From contig NW_027191414.1 of the NCBI RefSeq assembly GCF_041146345.1, positions 1,116,001 through 1,180,000 on the forward strand: a stretch of 64,000 bases of DNA, in the 5' to 3' direction. Shown here piece by piece: positions 9,794 through 22,100 of the stretch. A program made the position numbers and the translations under genes. Numbering within the stretch: the first letter of the stretch is position 1; every line of letters starts with the position of its first letter. Under the pieces are notes generated by a model. The model did not search any database. It was not told where the DNA came from and saw only the letters and a list, made by a program, of their open reading frames with translations. The stretch is from Neodothiora populina (Eukaryota).

Positions 9794-11666
9794 ATGTCTG
9801 ACTTGAAGCGAATACTGGTAGTCGCTGGCTCTGATAGCTCTGGTGGAGCGTAAGCAAATGTTTACAGAACATAATGAATTCATGGCTGCTGATACATGCT
9901 GCGTAGAGGCCTTGAGGCCGACCAGAAAGTCATTGCAGCCTATGGCTGCTATGCCATGACTGCTACCACTGCGTTGACTGCTCAGAACACTTTGGGGGTA
10001 GAAGACATTCATGCAACACCTTCGGACTTCGTGAAGAAACAGGTCGATGCTTGCATGAGCGATATTGGTGTCGATGTATTGAAGACCGGTATTGAGTATT
10101 CTCTCGCTTCACTATGACTCACAACTTTCCACGACGAGATGCAATATGTGCTGAGAACCTATGTACTGACACCAACGAGGAATGTTGACATGTGCCGAAA
10201 CCATACACGTTGTTGCGGATGCCATCAAAAGATGGAACATTCCATTTACAGTCGTCGACCCAGTATGAGATATCGTGAACCATGTATCGTTTCATCCAGG
10301 GGGTTAACCACAGGATAGGTCATGGTCTCCACAAGTGGTGCGAGACTACTGCCTGAAAGTGCCATCAAAGTGATGTGCGACCAGCTACTTCAACACACCA
10401 GTCTGTTGACACCGAACATTCCCGAGGCACTTCTGATCCTGCGAGAGACCGGCCAGGCATTTGGTGAAGTCAAGGGTCTCGAAGACATGAAAGCACTAGC
10501 TCGCACAGTATCTGCTCTCGGCCCCAAGAGTGTCCTCATCAAAGGCGGCCACATTCCCCTCACGAAAGACTACAAAACCGCCAAGATCGACGAAGAGAAA
10601 CAGATCCTCGTGAATGTTCTGTACGCGAATGACTCGTTCCACACGTACGAGTCCAAGTATCTGAAGTCACGCAATACACACGGCACCGGCTGTTCGCTCG
10701 CGTCAGCCATTGCTTGTAACGTAGCGAGTGGGTTGACGCTCGAAAAGGCGGTCGGCGCCGCAGGTCGCTACATCGAAGCCGGGATTCGCACCAGCAAGGA
10801 CATCGGCAAGGGATCGGGACCAATCAACCACTTCCACTCGACAGTCATGATGCCTTTTGCTCCCGGTGGCTTCATCGATTACCTCCTCGACCGCTCGGAT
10901 GTCGCAGAGGTCTGGCAGAAATTCACACATCACGAGTTCGTCGAGCAACTCGGCAACGGCACACTGCCCGTAGAGAAGTTCAAGTTCTACATGGCGCAGG
11001 ACTACCTCTATTTGCTACAATTCGCAAGAGCGAACGCCCTCGCCGGATACAAAGCCAAGACGCTGGCTGGAGTCGCTGCCTCGGCGGCTATCGTGCTTCA
11101 CATCCAGCACGAAACGCAACTGCACGTGTCCGAATGCGAAGAACTCGGCCTGTCCCTCGAGGAGATGGAGAACATGGAGGAACATCAGGCTTGTACGGCT
11201 TACAGCCGATACATTCTTGATGTGGGTCAGTCGGAAGACTGGTTCGCGCTTCAGATGGCGCTTCTGCCTTGTCTGCTTGGCTACAGTGTGATTGCGAAGA
11301 GGCTGCACAGTATTCAAGATCCAGAAAAGCCGAAAGAGGCCAACAGGTACAGAAAATGGATTGATAATTACGTTGCTGATGACTACAATGAAGCTGTCAT
11401 CAAGGGCTGTGGTACGTTGCGATTGTTTTGCATATTACAAGTCTTCATGTGTTGGATTACCTGACTAATCTTATACAGCTCTGGTTGAAGCCCACGCAGG
11501 CAACCAAAGTCCGCAGAGGATCGAAGAACTAGTCAAGATCTTCATACACGCCACTCGAGTAAGTGTTGCCGTTCATTCATTCTCTGTCGACTCCTCATCG
11601 AAGTGTACTAACAAGATACCTTTACAGATGGAGGCTGGATTCTGGGAAATGGGCCTTGGTGCTTAG
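9794..11666 (+). CDS. THI20: hydroxymethylpyrimidine (phosphate) kinase fused to TenA/thiaminase II; exons 9794-9849, 9907-10088, 10180-10262, 10319-11411, 11479-11558, 11628-11666
   Basis: ILVVAGSDSSGGAGLEAD, TALTAQNT, KTGML, VVDPVMVSTSG, LTPNIPEA, THGTGCSLASA; TenA motifs QDYLYL, PCLLGY, EAGFWEM. Confidence 0.93.
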
Positions 11667-14250
11667 ATTGCGGATCAATGATACGTGTGAAGATGCATTG
11701 AGCAGTTACACACCAGCTGTATCCGACTGTCGCCTCAACGCGATGTGGAAACGAAGTACATAGCGCACCACGTGATGCAGCATAGATTATGAATCATAAA
11801 AGCGAATCGTCTTCTTGAAACCCTGCACTGCTTGATCAATTGAATGTTGCACGTCGTCTACGCTTCTCTGATGCGATAACTGCGATCGTCGTACTACCGT
11901 TTCTATTTCGATATATAAATCCGATGGAGAGAGCATGGAGATGTATGCATACGCTTACCGTTGTAGCCTATCAAGTCGTTGACAAGTTATCGCTATGTCA
12001 TTGCACCAAATACTTACCAGTGTAATGGGTCCTTGGTGGGGGCCGCGCTTAACTGTAGAGGACAGTCGTTACTGCCTCTGTGATCTGCTTCACAAATTGA
12101 CACTTACCAAGCAGTCATGGCTCGAGGTCTGGCTGAATTTGGTCTTCTGGCCAGCGAGAATTGCCAGCTAGCAGAACCGGGAGATTCTGCAATTAGCACT
12201 GCGCGGTATTCATGAGTCAGTAGTCCTGTACCGGGTCGGACGGAGGCCGGCCACAGCCAGAAGGTGGTGACGGAGAAATTCTTGTAACATGATCACGGTG
12301 TGAGCAAGGTGATTTTGGCGGCTTATTTGCTGATATTGCGGAGTACTGAGTGTCGTCGCAAGTTGAAGATCGTGTCTTCACTGACCTCTATCAGTATCTC
12401 TCTGCCGCGCACAGAAGCCATAGGTTCAAAGGTGTATGCACACTGCGATATCGTCTCACTAGGTCTCGATCGATGGTTGTACATCCTGAGATCCAAAGAT
12501 AAAGGTGCATATGATAAGCAACACTTGAGCGAATTGTAGCGTAGAGCCTGCTTGCCACGGGGAAGTTGCATAAGCCATAGGCATCGATACCGGAGCGGAT
12601 ACCGATGTACCACATCGCGGCGCAAACCCACAGGACCATTAGATTGCGTGCAGTCAAGGCACGCATGCGCTGCCTTGTCCCGGGGCTCTCAGCACTTTTT
12701 ATTGACCTGGAGTGGTCAGATAGTCGGGGGCTGATCCCAAGTCCATGTCACCGGCATGCCATGCGGGCGTCCCTCTAATGAAGCGCCTTAGTCCCGCCGT
12801 GTAACATGGACTAAAGGGCGATCATGGGCAAGGCCAACGATAATCCGCAAGCCAAAATGCTTGTTGATTTCGACCCCACGAATCGCCTGCGAACTAAATT
12901 CCATCTCCCACTGCCATGGTAAGCTGTTGCAGTAGTCGATGCAGACAAGTGAAAGAAGGGACCCTGGCTCAGCCTCATTTATACATGGTGCGGTAGACAT
13001 GCCATCTATCCGGAAACTGTGCGATCTTTAAGTTAGTCTTGCTCACTAGAGGAGTGGCGCAGCTAAAATACAAGGCTAAGGGTAGATCCAAAGCTGATGG
13101 AATATGCTGTCGCGTGCAGCTGGTTCTAAGAAGGAACGGGGCGACGGACACTAAAAGGTGGTAGCATGAACTGCGATTGAAAAGAAATGCTTGATCCTGG
13201 CAACAGTTCGATTTAAAGTAGGGTACGGGGGGAGCTTGGTTAAATCTACTAGTTTAGGGCGGTTGGCGACGCGCAAACTACGAACAAGGTTGGAGCGTCT
13301 CGTGGCGAAGCGCACGTTACTTTAAACATCCTTTTGACACCACCAGCGCACTATACTAGTAGAGCGGCCTGAAACGGTCTGCTGACGGACCATGGAAAAT
13401 AGCGCGGACGAGCAGATGTATAGGTCGAAAATGGTAGCTGTGGAGGTCTTGAACTTGTTTTCTGTCATTTGCCTTGGTATATACAAAATCCTCGGAAAAC
13501 ATGAGGATGAGGTAGAGGTGAACCGGAAATCCGAAACCCCACAATACGACAAGCCCATCGACACACTCCTCCAGAGGGTAAAGCTAATCACTACAGTTTA
13601 ACGGAGGAAAATCAGGCGGTCGAAATAGAAATAGGCAACATCTGCTTCCTCCCATTGTGCCTTCGATGTCTCGAGAGTACCGAGCCTCAGCGCGCAAATG
13701 CCTCGATGGAAATGTGATGAAAACACGTAAACAATGATAAAACACCGAGCATAAAAAGAAAGCAATCAAAAACGCCTCATGCCCAACGTAATCCACACCA
13801 ACCAAAGGAAGTGAGAGGTGCAGTGATCCCTCGCTGGAGGGCTCTGATGTCGAGAACAGACTGTGTGGCTCATTGCAGGTCGACCACCAACACCGCATGT
13901 AAAGAGCTTCGAGCATGCACTCTAATTGGTATGACCAAGACAAAAGTATGCAAGACGCGACGACCGAAGTGTAGTGCTATACACACACGTAGCGGCGGTC
14001 AAGTCATTGGTCGTAAGAGACGTCTTCTGTGGGTAACGAAGGTATGGACGTCGAAGAATGGATGCAGCAAAAGTTCTTGTAACAGGCGTTGAAGAGAGGA
14101 AAACAGCAAAAACAAAGGTCTAGAGTGATGGGGTGGGTTGTAGCGGTCTAGGAGCAGTGAGCAGCCAAACCAGCTGTCATCTAGCGCTCATCGAGACTTG
14201 CAGGGAACACAGACTGGTCAGCACCACACTTCAGGTCTGAAAACAGCTTA

Positions 14251-15957
14251 TTACTGGCGCTGCTGATACATCTGACCTCCCTGCGCTGCGTACGGGCTTT
14301 GGGGGTAGCCGTTAGCATACATCTGTCCAGCGGAATACTGTTGAGAGCCATCGACGGGTTGCTGTTGAGGAGGATACTGCGACGGCGGGGGAGCGGCAGC
14401 AGGAGCGTAGCCAATGGGTGGCAACTGGGTACCACTCATGGCGGGTGGCATCATGTGTTGCGGAGGATACTGTGCAGCAGCTTGGGTAGGAGTGCCATCT
14501 TGTTGACGGTTGGCATGCTCTTGGCGTTGTCGCTCCTCCTCGGCCTTGCGTTGATTTTCCTCTTCCTTCTTTTTCGCCTTCCATTCCTTGCGAATTTCCT
14601 TGAATTCTGTATATCAAGACTTGGGTTAGCGTTGTTCGTTTTCCACGTGCGGATGTGCCGCATGGTCGCATGCACTAATCAGATTAAGCATGGCTGGCTG
14701 CGTGCTAGTTCCCGCGACATGGAGGGATGTCCAAACCGCCGGGGTAAGCACTAGAACAAGATGGCGCGAGATCCATTGTCGGCGCTTTAATTTCAACCGC
14801 AACACAATAACACGTCCTCGAATATGCATTGCGACGCGTGTGAAATACTATAAAAATGCATGCAAAAAGAATCAGGGCTGGGACAAGAAAAGTCATACCT
14901 TCGGGTGTTCGCTTTTGCCCATGCGATTGCATGGTCACGTGCGCGTTCAGGTGATTCAGCGTGCCGTAGGCCTTTTCGCAACCCTGCCATCCACATTTGT
15001 ACATGCGTTCGATTTCTTCATATCTTCGTCGCGGCCTCTTGTGTTGTTGTGCACCTGGGATTGGCACGAATGAATAGACTGTAGAGAGTGGGTGGCCGCC
15101 CTGCGTTTTGGTCATGAGTCAGCGGAGGTTCTTGCGACGCGTTCCGAGCATGTCGCGACGCGTCTTTTGACGATTGAAAGACATACACCGGGTGGTCTGG
15201 GGACCTGGGCGACCATGCCGGGTGCACCGCCTGGAGCTGTGACCTGCGCGTGGTACATGGGCTGGGCGTAATGGCCAGCCCACTCAGGTCGCGGAGCATA
15301 CATTGGCGCTCCAGGCTGCTGGGGATATGCGTGCATCTCGTGTTGCGGAGGGTAGGGAGAGTATTGCTGATGCGGCGCGTATTGCGGGCTCGAGGTGGCG
15401 ATGGAAGGATCTGCAATGGTGCTAAGGTCAGAAGAGCTGTTACTGCAAGCGTTTTGCGACGCGACTGCGCTGGGGCTGCGACTACTAGGCATAGACATGA
15501 ACGGACTTGACTGAGCCATTGCGGCGTGTCCAGGATGCGGTTGCGCCTGCTGGTATCGTTGCGCGCCGTCCTGGTAGGATCGCGGTTGCTGCTGGATGTA
15601 TTCGGGAAAAGAGCCGGAGCGTGCGGACTGCGGCGCAAGCGCGTAATCAGAATTGGGAGTCGAGGAATTGGGGGAGAAGTTGGAGGCTCTCACGTCCTGG
15701 CCGAATTTCACGTCTTGCTGGTATTGCGCAGCAGATGCTTGATCTGCAGAAGGAGTGTCAGAATGCTGTTGCTCGTGATCGAGTGCTGCGTCGTGTCGGG
15801 GAAGGAACGCGTTGTAGCGGTGGTAGGGTGAAGTCAAACCTGGCTGCGAATATTCCTGACTGCGCGCGTCCATAGACTGAGGATGGGCACCGTTCATTTG
15901 CTGGGAAAGCAGAGCGCTCAAAGAAGGGTCTGTGGATGTGTGTGTGGACGGGGACAT
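14251..15957 (-). CDS. CON7: Con7-family C2H2 zinc-finger transcription factor; exons 15957-15187 (two optional in-frame introns inside), 15100-14899, 14606-14251
   Basis: VYSFVPIPGAQQHKRPRRRYEEIERMYKCGWQGCEKAYGTLNHLNAHVTMQSHGQKRTPEEFKEIRKEWK plus SARSGSFPE and DPSIA motifs; start uncertain (ATG 15957, 15897 or 15873). Confidence 0.9.
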
Positions 15958-16014
15958 GCTACGCCCTTAGAGTAACTAAGAGTATAGTGTAGTATACGGT
16001 CGGGAAACTGCAAT

Positions 16015-16190
16015 AGCGGCGGCAGCAGCAGCAGTAGTCGCAGTAGTGGGTGACAGTAGTAGTGGGTAGTAGTAGTAAAATAAAACGACTTTGTCGGTCG
16101 GTAGGTCGGTAATGCCACGCCAGACGCAACTCTGTCTCTCTCTCACACACTCACACTTTCTTCGGACTGCACACACACGCACACACGCAC
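16015..16190. repeat. microsatellite cluster (GCA/GTA triplets, CT and CA dinucleotides) in the Con7 leader/promoter
   Basis: gcggcggcagcagcagcagtagt...gtagtagtagta; ctctctctcacacac; gcacacacacgcacacacgcac. Confidence 0.7.
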
Positions 16191-19100
16191 TTCCAGTGCT
16201 TTTCTCTATCTGGAGCTGCGAACGGGGTCTGATTTGTTCTGGTTGGCTTGCAAAGTAGACGAAACGCTGGCGGCCAGTTGCGGACACAAGACGCGGCCGG
16301 GCAGTAGTCAAAGACTGTTCTTGAACCAAAGACTAGCGTCTCTTCTGCTATGATTCGCATGCAGTCCCTACTAAAATGCCTCCACCGCCCGAGGGGGAAC
16401 AAGGACCAACACGATCGACAGATAATGGGTGGGTCGTTCTGCGTCCAATTACGAGCTAATAAGCGGGCGGTCTGTCAAGCAAAGAAAGCAAAAAGTGGCG
16501 ATTCCTTTGCTTGGCCCTAATTCGTCTCTCCAAATTCGCAAACGTGGAAGGTACGAAGGTTTGACTCGTCTGAACTCTATATTTCCAACTCTCACCCTTG
16601 CCCCTCGCCGACACCGACGCCGAGGATTTGGCGATGAAGTGACGAGATGCGCGAGACAAGACACGACAAAGCGGCAGCTTCTCGCTACGCGCTTACGGCC
16701 AGCCGGACGTGCAGTACAACAAGAGGTACGCTTCCAGCAGCTCACGCTGTGGGCGAAGGGAGCATGGGTGTGTGCGAGCACCTGAGTATGTGTCCTGTGG
16801 GAGTGGGTGTGTGAGACGGACAGAGTTGGATGTAGGTAAGGTAGCTCTGTCTTGCTAGACGGCTCGAGCAATTACAGGGAAGCTGCACAGCCGCCATTCC
16901 CTGCACGAGTCACGGAAACCAGGCTCTGACATGAAGGCCTTCCGTACCCACCGGTACGCCGCGATCATCGAGAAATCTGCACGCCTACTGTACCTCCTCC
17001 CTTACCTTGCCTTACCCTCTGCCCAGGTACTTACAGCAGGTACATGGCTGGACAATAACCGTGATTCCAGCAAAATTCCCCGTGATCTACAACCACTAAT
17101 GAACCACCGCACCTTGTAACAGGTGCTTTATCTGTCTTATCAGATGCAGGCACTCGAACCTTCACGATTGACTTCCCTGCCACAGCGTTTTCAGAGCTCT
17201 TGTTTTCTGCCTCTTAAGAATACATGTTCGAGTTTAGCTCTGCACAACTCAACTTCTCCCTCGGCTGTTTGGCTCCCAAGGCAAAAAATTGCACAAAGCT
17301 TCTGCAAAATGAGCACAGTTGCAGTGATTATCGGGCATCGTGACTAAGACCTGAAACGCTTTGATCACATCCGTCCACAGCGTCATCATCCTATCAGGCG
17401 CAGGGTTTGCAACGGGGTCTCGTTTCCTTGGGTAGCGGACTCCGCTTCCTAGTTGGAGCTCGTTCCGTCGGTCGCGACCTCCGCATCAACCCAACGGTAT
17501 CATTGCCGGCTCGAAAACATTTCTGTGGCGAAGGGGTAAAAGAAATCCCCGACTGCTTTGCTGGTACGGATTCTTTGGGAGACGTGCGGGTTGAACAAGA
17601 TCTAGGTTGTTTTCGGTCGAAGCTCGCTTGTCTGCATTAGACTTGACTTTGACTGGCGCGGCCTAACCACGGACCTGCCCTGCAGTCTTTAATTAGCGCA
17701 ATGCGGGGGAATACTTCATCTTTTCCCAACTTTCTTCGGCCAAAGAGATTGTTGCAGAAAGCGAGAATGGATATAGAAAATCTGCGCTTTGCACTTTGTG
17801 TTGGGGTTCCGATGTGTAGTGCGGTCGACGCTCAGTGTCATGTCATCGATCCTCGAGGGATGCAACACTGCTCTAAAGCCGACAGGCTGGATCTGCTTGA
17901 GATTTTGTCACATGGCAATGCCGCCCATAAGATGAAAATCATGCGATGAAAGCACAGCAGGGGCTGTCTGGGTAGACAATCTTGTCCACCAGCCACAAGA
18001 TACCTGGTACAACTATACGAAGTATGACGGAAGATCGCAAGCGATCACAGCAAAGCGATGAGTTGCAGCACTGTACAGTAGCTTCGTAGCACGTCAATGC
18101 TCCTAGCTCGACCTTCTGACATCTGCTGTGTGTGTGCTGGCTTTTTCTCTCCACGGGTCTGCTCCACAACTTGGCAATACACAACAGGCTCCGTAAGGGA
18201 AAGCTAATGTAAGGGCCTTGTGGCTTCTGCAGATGATTAGATCATTTTTGCTGTTGCCATCCTCATGGCCACAGAGGGACCAGATCCAAAAGCAAATAAC
18301 ATTGTCCAGAACCTTGGTCATTCATTTGTGAAAAGGCATATTTACGGGTTGAGTGGAAGTCAAAAAGATCGGCATAGCCTCCATACAATTATTAGCATAT
18401 ACCGAGAGATTGACCCAACCACGAGAAGAGAGGACCCATCGTTAATTTGATCATTACTTCAGCTGTTCAGCGTATCCCTCCAAGCAGAGCGAATCATGTG
18501 CCGTGCTCTCATTTCCATGACTCTCTCTTGACACGTAGGATAAGTGCTTTTCCGCGTCGTTGCCCGCTTATTGGTCACAAGACCGTTGACGCTGCTGCAA
18601 CAAGTACTGAGCGTCAACAATAGGCGAGGAATAGCCGTGAAGGCGGTGTGCGAAATCGAGATGCTTTTACATTGGGTATTGGCTCATCTCTTCACATGGC
18701 TTTGCCGAGGGATTGAATTTGATAGGCTGTAGTCGTATCTCTGGGCGTGTTCTTTGGCAGATGTGTATCTCAACACCGTCAGTTTGTTAATTAGTACAGT
18801 AGCATTTCTTTGGTATAGGCGATCACTACATACTGGTGGGAGGTAGCGCCAGAGGACCCTCGAAACGGATCTGCCTGACGCTGGACACACTGTGCGTCTG
18901 TCTTGTAGTGCAGCCGCATAGCCGTCGATCACTCGCGACGTCTAGAAGCTTTGCGGGCGGGATGACCCTGTGGTACGGCACTGTAAACTCCACAATGAGA
19001 TTGACCAAGGTAATTCTCTCGTCATCCACTACCATCTGACAAAGTGTTCTCAACTACATATCGCTATAGCTAGATAGCGAGCTGGGCGAACCCTGAGAGC

Positions 19101-22100
19101 CTTACGGGGAAGACCGCGAAGCGCAGCGTGATGCTGCGGTCCACAGTCGCATGATTCATTTTTGCTCGTTATGCTCTCAGCCAAATCAGCAGAAGCAAAG
19201 GACCATCAATTTCTCATGCTCAGTGATCTTAATTCATGGATACTACAATCCTACGATGCGGTCTTCTCAATTGATGTTACATAACAGTACGATGCAGGGA
19301 ACGTGTAACAAACTCGTGTATGCCTGACAATGAGGGTACATCGGCTACATAGTTTGGGCCTGATTGTTGTTTCTTAGGGCCCAGTCTACAATAGACCTTC
19401 CGCAATAGGCACAAGTCCCTCTGCTCACGACATGGCATACTACTCGCGCCTTGGTAAGATGAATGCAACATATATACTGTGCGGTACGGTGGTAGTGGTT
19501 GTTATGGAAATGCGGTAGCATTCAAGATGGTGGCAATTCAGGCGCATGGTAGGTCAAATAACATAACACATCAGGCATACCAGGGGGGACTCTAGGCACA
19601 TTTTCATGCAGCATGTTTCGGATCAACATTGTTACACAGCCTTGTCTTTGCTGTACTGTGGGCTTCTCCTTGAAACTCGTAATAGATTGACCTATTTCCA
19701 GAGACGAGGGTCTAACTTATTGTGGACAATGCTGTTGACTCTATACAGTATATACCTTACAGTTTACACTCGAAAGCTTGTACAGATCACTGACACACTT
19801 TGGCACGTTACTCATGACTCTATCATATACTACCATCTGTCCACAGCCGGCGCTTCTCCAAGATCTCTCTTCTGATTGATCCCCAAGGTATCAAAGCAAT
19901 TTTCTGAGGGTGGATTCAAACGGCTACATGTCAGCTGATGTTGCAGCAACCTCATCTAGTTGCAGACACAACCATTGCGATGACAGGCAACACATGATAT
20001 AGGATTCGTCTGACGCACCGCCACTGCCGCAGACCTTTGCCGCCTTTGCAGACTGTAGAGAGTCGTTAATGCCCAACTTGAAGGTGCAGATGCTCACGTA
20101 CACCCAAAAAGCATTATGGAGTCATGATAATATCAGGCCCGACATGCTCGTGAGTTCAAGTGCCACGCTTTTTCCACAAATGATATATGCGTCGAAGCAA
20201 ACAACGGGCGGCTGTGGCTCAGTTCTGATAGCAAAGGTCATACAGTAGTCACATGTAGCCGAGATTTGCCATGCATGGAGCTGCATGGTATATTGGACAT
20301 GCAGACTAGTGATGGTGATGTAGAGAGCGAAATGCTAGCTGGAGAGCTAAGGCGTGACACACATGTTGCAGAGCGCTAAAGTAGCGAAGGAAGCGGCACT
20401 CTATGCATCCAATGCATCTTGAGCTTTGTTTCGTGGATTGCTCTGCTGTATCTTGGTTCTCCATGCACAATGACATTCCTGTTTCGGCGCCCACGAGACC
20501 GACCAGGTAACGGACTAGAATAAAATCTGCATATTAGATGTATGAAACATCAGACTTTCGCATTACATACAGCCGATTTCCCACAAACAGCTCGCTTTGC
20601 GCGACGACACCTCTGTTGTAAACATACCTTGTACAAGCATCGATATCTAGCCGGCTTTTCGTCATTTCGACGTGTCTACGAATGCCGGAGGATCCGTCAT
20701 GGATTCCGAATATGTGGCTGGAACATTGCCAGAACCAATGTGCTGGTGACAGGAGCAATAACACGAAATAGCAATCCCTTTTGGGGGTCCTGCCTAGCCG
20801 CAAAAACGTACAGACCAGTGTCACTACATCAGAGCAGTATCTCATGGATTAGTGAACGCGGGATGCTAGCGTGCGAGGTTGGTTCTAGCATAGAGTACTT
20901 CCAGACCACAACATCACTATTTTCAACGCATAGATGAAGTGCACTTTGGCCTCTACGCAAACACACCGCTACATTGATCTGCCAGAGGGTCGCGTTGGTT
21001 GATCCGCGCGCGCGATGAGTAAATTTTGGCAGCACGCTTGACAGATCGTTGAGGCTGGGAGACATAATTGAGCGAACAGGCGGTTGACGGTGGTAGGAGA
21101 CGTTGTTGCACAGTGTCACGCTGCTCGAGCCTACCTCCTCCACCACTTTCTCCCAACACAGCACACATGACCATGGCGATCCGGCTCTGGTGCCCGGTTA
21201 TGCGCCGGCTTTTCGTCTTGTTGTCAATCTGTTATCAGGCAGAGAGCCCCTACTCCCGCGGCTGAGATTTGCACCACTGACCTCGGGCACGATCAACAAG
21301 GTCCGGACTGGCCATGGCCTGATTGCTATACCGAGGTAAGATATTCGACAGATGCAATTGGTGAGATGGCCGAGAGATATACCTGTAATGATCTGACTAG
21401 TAGATCGAGCGCGCGCTTCTGTCGATATTCTCCTTCTCGCTGTGTAGCGATCAAGAGCTTGTCCCATCTTCGTATATCGCGTTTCTACGCTGGCTGGCGC
21501 ACTATCGATGTGCAGCAGAGGGTTTGCCCAACGCGATTTCTCGCGCCGGAATCCTTTTTCGCGCCGACGTCTTGGTCCTGCTCGTTCAAGCTAGACAATT
21601 TCCAGCGGTAGTTTCTCGTCCTCGTGGCAGAGCCTCCGCGATAGGATCAAGGGTGACATGTAGCATATCTTGACCTAAGCGCTCGAATCATGCCACAGCT
21701 GAACTGAACGCTGACTCGAGACGGTTGATGTTTACAGCTCTCGGCTATTGTAGATGAAGCACGTCGATCTCTGGAAGTTGTCATTTCCGTCCCACGCTAC
21801 ATCTACTGTACTTGGTTCTACAACGGCAGGTGATGCCATCTTGCGGGTCCGCATGCGTCGGGGCTATACAGCACATCCATGCTCTTCGAACATGGCCCGA
21901 AAACCACGAGATCACTACTTCCTGTCTAATCTCCAGAGCCGCCGCCGACGTCCAGCTCTGTTTTAACAAAGCCGCAGACTAAAGTAGGTCAGACCACGCG
22001 ATTCGTCGGACATCCGAGTGTTTGCTTATCGGGTCGTGGAGTATCATTTTCTTTTATCCCCCATTTTTCCCCACTATAGTATAGCTCAGGAAAAGGAATG

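Noticed and set aside
10140..10170. TPP riboswitch in the THI20 intron (GCTGAGA motif)
   Set aside because: The downstream GATC..GATAATACCAGCG-type P4/P5 elements are absent
12010..12022. U1 snRNA 5' end (ATACTTACC)
   Set aside because: No U1 stem-loops or Sm site follow; it is the reverse complement of a splice donor
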